Positions 59,460 to 64,000 of a stretch of 64,000 nt of DNA are shown in pieces. The DNA is from an uncultured Clostridia bacterium (lineage in GTDB: Bacteria; Bacillota; Clostridia; Oscillospirales; Ruminococcaceae). A model generated the notes under the pieces. The model was not told the DNA's origin. It made no database searches and worked only from the letters and a program-made list of their open reading frames with translations. The position numbers were made by a program, and so were the translations under genes. The stretch is taken from assembly GCA_947584375.1 (NCBI GenBank), contig CANPWL010000005.1, forward strand, positions 19,877 to 83,876, read 5' to 3'. Each line of letters starts with the position of its first letter. Position 1 is the stretch's first letter.

Positions 59460-60695
59460 ATGAAAAGAGTAGTTATCACAGGAATGGGGACAAAAAATCC
59501 GCTTGGCTTAAGCGTTGAAGAATTTTGGGATAATATTAAAGCAAACAAACTGGGTTTTTCGTTTGTGGATCAATTTGACGATCCCGATTTCCCTATCAAG
59601 GTTGTCGGAGCAGTAAAGAATTTTGAGCCTCTTGATTATTTTGAGAAAAAGGAAGCAAGAAAGCTGTGCAGATTCACCCAATTTGCTGTTTCATCAACCA
59701 AAGATGCATTAAACGATGCGGGAACTGATTTTAAAGACCTAGATCCTTTCAGAGTTGGTGTTATAATCGGAGCAGGAATAGGCGGTCTTGAAGAAACAGA
59801 AGCCCAGCACCAAAGATTTTTAGAAAAAGGTCCTGATAGGATTTCTGTGTTTTATGTTCCTATGATGATTGGAAATATGGCGGCAGGAGAGGTTGCAATA
59901 AGAACAGGCTTTAAGGGAGATAACTTCTGTACAACAACTGCCTGTGCATCATCTACTCATGCTATCGGAGAAGCTTTCAGAAAAGTAAAGGACGGCTATC
60001 TTGACGCTTGCATATGCGGCGGAACAGAGGCTTGCATTACACAATTCTCGCTTGCGGGCTTTAACAATATGAAAGCTCTTTCAAAGGCAACTGCGCTTGA
60101 TAAAGCGTCAACACCTTTCGACGCTGAAAGACAAGGCTTTGTTTTAGGTGAAGGCTGTGGGATATTAGTTCTTGAAGAGCTTGAACACGCCAAAGCAAGA
60201 GGGGCAAAAATCTATGCAGAAATAGCAGGCTACGGGGCAACAGGAGACGCATTTCATATGACCAGTCCCGACCCTGAGGGGGAAGGCGCCGCAAGAGCTA
60301 TGGTAAACAGTTTTGAAGAAGCAGGCTTAAAAGCTTCAGATATAAACTATATTAACGCTCACGGAACATCAACCGGTCTTAATGATAAATATGAAACAAA
60401 AGCTATCAAAAAGGCTTTGGGCGACAGTGCTGATAAAGTCGTAATAAACTCGACGAAGTCAATGATAGGTCATCTGCTTGGTGCAGCCGGCTCTGTTGAG
60501 GCAATTATAACAGCCTTATCTGTCCGTGATGATTTTATTCACAGAACAATGGGATATAAAACTCCCGACCCCGAATGTGATTTGAACTACGCAGTTGACG
60601 GTAATAAAGAAATGACTGTTGACGCCGCACTTTCAAATTCACTCGGATTTGGCGGACATAACGCTACTATTTGCATTAAAAAATATAAAGAGTAA
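59460..60695 (+). CDS. fabF: 3-oxoacyl-ACP synthase II
   Basis: Active-site ACASSTHAIG. HGTST and GHLLGAAG motifs. Confidence 0.93.
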   Translation: MKRVVITGMGTKNPLGLSVEEFWDNIKANKLGFSFVDQFDDPDFPIKVVGAVKNFEPLDYFEKKEARKLCRFTQFAVSSTKDALNDAGTDFKDLDPFRVGVIIGAGIGGLEETEAQHQRFLEKGPDRISVFYVPMMIGNMAAGEVAIRTGFKGDNFCTTTACASSTHAIGEAFRKVKDGYLDACICGGTEACITQFSLAGFNNMKALSKATALDKASTPFDAERQGFVLGEGCGILVLEELEHAKARGAKIYAEIAGYGATGDAFHMTSPDPEGEGAARAMVNSFEEAGLKASDINYINAHGTSTGLNDKYETKAIKKALGDSADKVVINSTKSMIGHLLGAAGSVEAIITALSVRDDFIHRTMGYKTPDPECDLNYAVDGNKEMTVDAALSNSLGFGGHNATICIKKYKE

Positions 60696-60759
60696 ACTTA
60701 GGTCTGATTTATTGACAGAATAAGCATAAAAATTGTGCGTGAATAGGAGGACTATTAAT

Positions 60760-61212
60760 ATGAGCAAGCAAATTGGCAACGGCTTTGAGATTGAAGACTT
60801 AAATGCTATTGCAAAAATAATCAAAGATAACGACTTAGGAAAAATTAAAATCAAAAACGGAGACTGCGAGATAAGCGTTGAGTCAAGGGCTTATAATGCT
60901 GTGTCAATTGCATCAGCTCCGGCAACTGCTGTATCTAACGAAGACACCTCTGCTGTAACAACTAAAACAGTTGACAGCGGAAATGTATGCAAATCTCCTA
61001 TTGTGGGGACTTTCTATGCGGCTTCTGCACCTGACAAAGAACCTTTTGTATCTGTCGGCAGTCAGGTTCACAAGGGTGATGTTATTTACATCATTGAATC
61101 AATGAAGGTTATGAGTGAGGTAACAAGCGAATTCGACGGTAAAGTAAAGGAAATCTGCGTAAACAACGGCGACGCCGTTGAATTCGGTCAGCCGATAATG
61201 ATAATTGAATAG
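60760..61212 (+). CDS. accB: Biotin carboxyl carrier protein of acetyl-CoA carboxylase
   Basis: Biotinyl-Lys motif IESMKVM (variant of EAMKM). Ala/Ser/Thr-rich linker. ATG 60760 preceded by AGGAGGA. Confidence 0.88.
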   Translation: MSKQIGNGFEIEDLNAIAKIIKDNDLGKIKIKNGDCEISVESRAYNAVSIASAPATAVSNEDTSAVTTKTVDSGNVCKSPIVGTFYAASAPDKEPFVSVGSQVHKGDVIYIIESMKVMSEVTSEFDGKVKEICVNNGDAVEFGQPIMIIE

Positions 61213-61242
61213 CAAGTTATGCATTTGCTGAAAGGAAAAGAT

Positions 61243-61674
61243 ATGTCAGTAGTATTAAACAAAGAGCAGATAAAAGAAATAATTCCTCACAGAGATCCGT
61301 TTTTACTTATTGATGAAGTAAACGAGCTAGAGGTCGGAAAAAGAGTTAAAGCAACAAAATATATCAAAAAGGACGACTTTTGGTTTAAGGGACATTTCCC
61401 CGAATATCCTGTCACACCGGGCGTGTTGATGGTTGAAATGCTTGCACAGGCAGGGGCTGTCGCGCTCTTGTCGCTTCCCGAAAACAAGGGAAAAATCGGT
61501 CTTTTCGGAGGGATCAATAACTGCAAATTCCGCCAACAGGTCATTCCTGGAGACACTCTGGAGCTTGAGGTTGAAATTATCAAGGTAAGAGGTCCTTTAG
61601 GTATTGGAAAGGGACTTGCAACAGTAAACGGCAAAAAAGCTGTTTCCTGTGAAATTACTTTTGCCATAAAATAA
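61243..61674 (+). CDS. fabZ: 3-hydroxyacyl-ACP dehydratase
   Basis: HFPEYPVTPGVL motif. LIDEV motif. ATG 61243 preceded by AAAGGAAA. Confidence 0.92.
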   Translation: MSVVLNKEQIKEIIPHRDPFLLIDEVNELEVGKRVKATKYIKKDDFWFKGHFPEYPVTPGVLMVEMLAQAGAVALLSLPENKGKIGLFGGINNCKFRQQVIPGDTLELEVEIIKVRGPLGIGKGLATVNGKKAVSCEITFAIK

Positions 61675-61692
61675 AACTATTGGAGACTTTCT

Positions 61693-63045
61693 ATGATTAA
61701 AAAAGTTCTTATTGCGAACAGAGGAGAGATAGCTGTTCGTATAATTCGTGCTTGCAGGGAGCTTGGAATAGCAACTGTTGCTGTTTATTCAACAGGCGAT
61801 TCAAATGCACTCCATGCAAAGATAGCGGACGAAGCTGTTTGTATAGGTCCTGCGTCAAGTACAGAAAGCTATCTGAATATGCGTGCTATCATATCTGCTT
61901 GTGAAATTACAGGTGCGGACGCAATTCATCCGGGCTTTGGCTTTTTATCCGAAAACGCTCATTTTGCAAAAACCTGTGAAAAATGCGGAATTACCTTTAT
62001 CGGTCCGAAACCTGAATCTATCGAGATGCTTGGCGATAAGGCCCGTGCAAAGGAAACTATGAAGAATGCGGGCGTTCCTGTGGTTCTTGGTTCTGACGGA
62101 GCTGTTAAAGATCTGGAATCAGCCGTTAGTCTTGCAAAAGAAATAGGTTATCCCGTTATGGTAAAGGCTTCTGCCGGCGGCGGCGGAAGAGGTATTCGAA
62201 TAGTAAGAAACGAGTCCGAGCTTGAATCACAGATAACCGCCGCAAAAACCGAGGCAATGGCTTGCTTCGGAAATGACGAGATTTATATCGAGAAGTTTAT
62301 AGAAAATCCAAAGCATATTGAAATACAGATCCTTGCTGATAATTACGGAAATGTGATCCACCTAGGTGAGAGAGATTGTTCTATGCAAAGGCGCAACCAA
62401 AAGGTTTTAGAGGAAACTCCGTCACCTATTATGACAAAAGAGCTTCGTGAAAAGATGGGAGCTTCTGCTGTTGCGGCAGCAAAGGTCTGCGGCTATCGAA
62501 ACGCCGGAACAATTGAGTTTTTAGTTGACAAAGATTTAAACTATTACTTCATGGAGATGAATACGCGTATTCAGGTTGAACATCCTATTACCGAGGCTGT
62601 TACGGGCATTGACTTAGTCAGACAGCAGCTTCTCATTGCATCAGGAGAAAAACTTGATATCAAGCAACAGGACATACACTTGACAGGTCATGCAATTGAG
62701 TGTAGAATTAATGCAGAAAATCCAGAGCAGAATTTCCGCCCTTCACCGGGAGTAATCAATTCATTACATATTCCGGGTGGTCTTGGTGTAAGAGTTGACA
62801 GTGCAGTTTACCAGGGATATGAAATTCCTCCGTATTACGACTCTATGATAGCGAAATTGATTTGCTTTGGACCTGACAGAGAAAGCGCTATTGCAAAAAT
62901 GAAATGGGCTCTTTCGGAATTTATAGTAGATGGTGTGTCAACAAATATAGACTTCCATTTAAAACTTATCCGCAGAAAAGAATTTTTAGACGGCAGCTAT
63001 GATAACGGCTTCTTAGGAAGAGTTGATATTTTAAAGGACGAATAG
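61693..63045 (+). CDS. accC: Biotin carboxylase subunit of acetyl-CoA carboxylase
   Basis: 450-aa ATP-grasp protein. [36 protein letters not shown]. Confidence 0.95.
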   Translation: MIKKVLIANRGEIAVRIIRACRELGIATVAVYSTGDSNALHAKIADEAVCIGPASSTESYLNMRAIISACEITGADAIHPGFGFLSENAHFAKTCEKCGITFIGPKPESIEMLGDKARAKETMKNAGVPVVLGSDGAVKDLESAVSLAKEIGYPVMVKASAGGGGRGIRIVRNESELESQITAAKTEAMACFGNDEIYIEKFIENPKHIEIQILADNYGNVIHLGERDCSMQRRNQKVLEETPSPIMTKELREKMGASAVAAAKVCGYRNAGTIEFLVDKDLNYYFMEMNTRIQVEHPITEAVTGIDLVRQQLLIASGEKLDIKQQDIHLTGHAIECRINAENPEQNFRPSPGVINSLHIPGGLGVRVDSAVYQGYEIPPYYDSMIAKLICFGPDRESAIAKMKWALSEFIVDGVSTNIDFHLKLIRRKEFLDGSYDNGFLGRVDILKDE

Positions 63046-63098
63046 CTTTCTCATCTGCGGCTGCGTAATGAAAACCCCAAAGGAAGGGAGACTCTTTT

Positions 63099-63989
63099 AT
63101 GTTAGAAGATTTGTTTTCAGTTGTAAAAACAAGGTTTAACGGAACTGAATCTAATTCCTCAAATTCAAAAAAAGACGTTAAAAAAACAGATATCCCAAAT
63201 GATTTGCTTTTTAAATGTCCCAGATGTTCTAATGTTACATTTATGGATGACTTTATCGGCAATGCTAAGGTTTGTCCAAAATGCAATTATCATTCAAGAA
63301 TTTCTGCAAAAGAACGTATAGATATGACTATTGATAAAGGAAGCCTTATTGAATTTGATAAAAATATGACCTCTAAAAATCCTATTGATTTTCAGGATTA
63401 TGAACAAAAGCAGGAAAGTATCCGTGAAAAAACAGGTTTAAAAGACGCAATCATAACGGGCGAGGCGACAATACGCGGCGACAGAATTGTTATTGCAGTT
63501 ATGGACTCAAGATATATGATGGCTTCTATGGGGAGCGTTGTAGGCGAAAAACTCACTCGTGCTTTTGAATTTGCTACACAAAACAAACTTCCTATAATTG
63601 TGTTTACAGCGTCAGGCGGAGCAAGAATGCAGGAGGGAACAGTTTCACTTATGCAGATGGCAAAAACAAGCGGTGCAGTAGCTCGTCATAATAAAGCAGG
63701 GCTTTTATACATTACAGTTATGACAGACCCTACAACCGGAGGTGTAACAGCTTCTTTTGCATCTTTAGGTGATATTATAATTGCAGAGCCGAAAGTTCTT
63801 ATTGGATTTGCAGGAAGGAGAGTTATCGAAGGAACAATAAAACAAAGACTTCCTGATGATTTTCAATCTGCAGAATTTTTGATGGAAAAAGGCTTTGTAG
63901 ATATGATAGTGGAGAGAAAAAAGATAAGAAGAACTCTGTCTCACTTATTAAAGCTTCACCAAAGCAAAGGGGGCGGTTCTGATGAATAA
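63099..63989 (+). CDS. accD: Acetyl-CoA carboxylase carboxyltransferase beta subunit
   Basis: N-terminal zinc ribbon CPRCSNV...CPKCNYH. GGARMQEG motif. Confidence 0.92.
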   Translation: MLEDLFSVVKTRFNGTESNSSNSKKDVKKTDIPNDLLFKCPRCSNVTFMDDFIGNAKVCPKCNYHSRISAKERIDMTIDKGSLIEFDKNMTSKNPIDFQDYEQKQESIREKTGLKDAIITGEATIRGDRIVIAVMDSRYMMASMGSVVGEKLTRAFEFATQNKLPIIVFTASGGARMQEGTVSLMQMAKTSGAVARHNKAGLLYITVMTDPTTGGVTASFASLGDIIIAEPKVLIGFAGRRVIEGTIKQRLPDDFQSAEFLMEKGFVDMIVERKKIRRTLSHLLKLHQSKGGGSDE

Positions 63990-64000
63990 CCTGCCCGCAA
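63982..64000 (+). CDS. accA: Probable 5' end of the carboxyltransferase alpha subunit gene (truncated by the window edge)
   Basis: ATG 63982 overlaps the accD stop by 8 nt. accA normally follows accD. Only 6 codons are visible. Confidence 0.4.

Overview
AT-rich, densely coding chromosomal segment typical of a Firmicutes/Clostridia anaerobe. It has an Rnf complex, FabK-type fatty-acid synthesis, rubredoxin, a CIRCE-controlled groESL and a collagen-like BclA-type protein. Most of the window is core housekeeping: aspS, groES-groEL, apbE-rnfCDGEAB, nadE, coaX, an L-fucose catabolic trio, alr, zapA, a U32 peptidase, an alanine/Na+ symporter, tRNA-Met and tRNA-Glu, rubredoxin, ptsI, and a fab/acc cluster (fabD divergent from fabH-fabK-fabG-fabF-accB-fabZ-accC-accD-accA'). 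Accessory-looking content includes a YtrA-type GntR/ABC operon, two OmpR/histidine-kinase pairs, an XRE regulator and a secreted PPC/Fn3 protein. It also includes an adaptor plus giant FtsX permease without an ATPase, a YdbS/YdbT pair, an ECF sigma with a putative anti-sigma, and a glycosyltransferase-TPR plus collagen-like protein operon. I see no rRNA, CRISPR array, transposase, integrase, prophage or recognisable defence system, so I cannot claim a new multi-gene system. The most unusual signals are non-coding. (1) A ~350-nt array of about a dozen unrelated perfect hairpins, bracketed by two identical 19-nt hairpin copies, lies between convergent genes (24549-24898). (2) A promoter-to-terminator unit with no ORF is a candidate sRNA or attenuator (23959-24118). 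(3) A degenerate tandem structured element sits in the ~300-nt groEL 3' region (4305-4535). On the protein side the notable items are a collagen-like protein with a Cys-rich N-terminus and the ATPase-less adaptor/permease/MGMT-like unit. All functional calls come from reading motifs in the supplied translations; no database search was possible.
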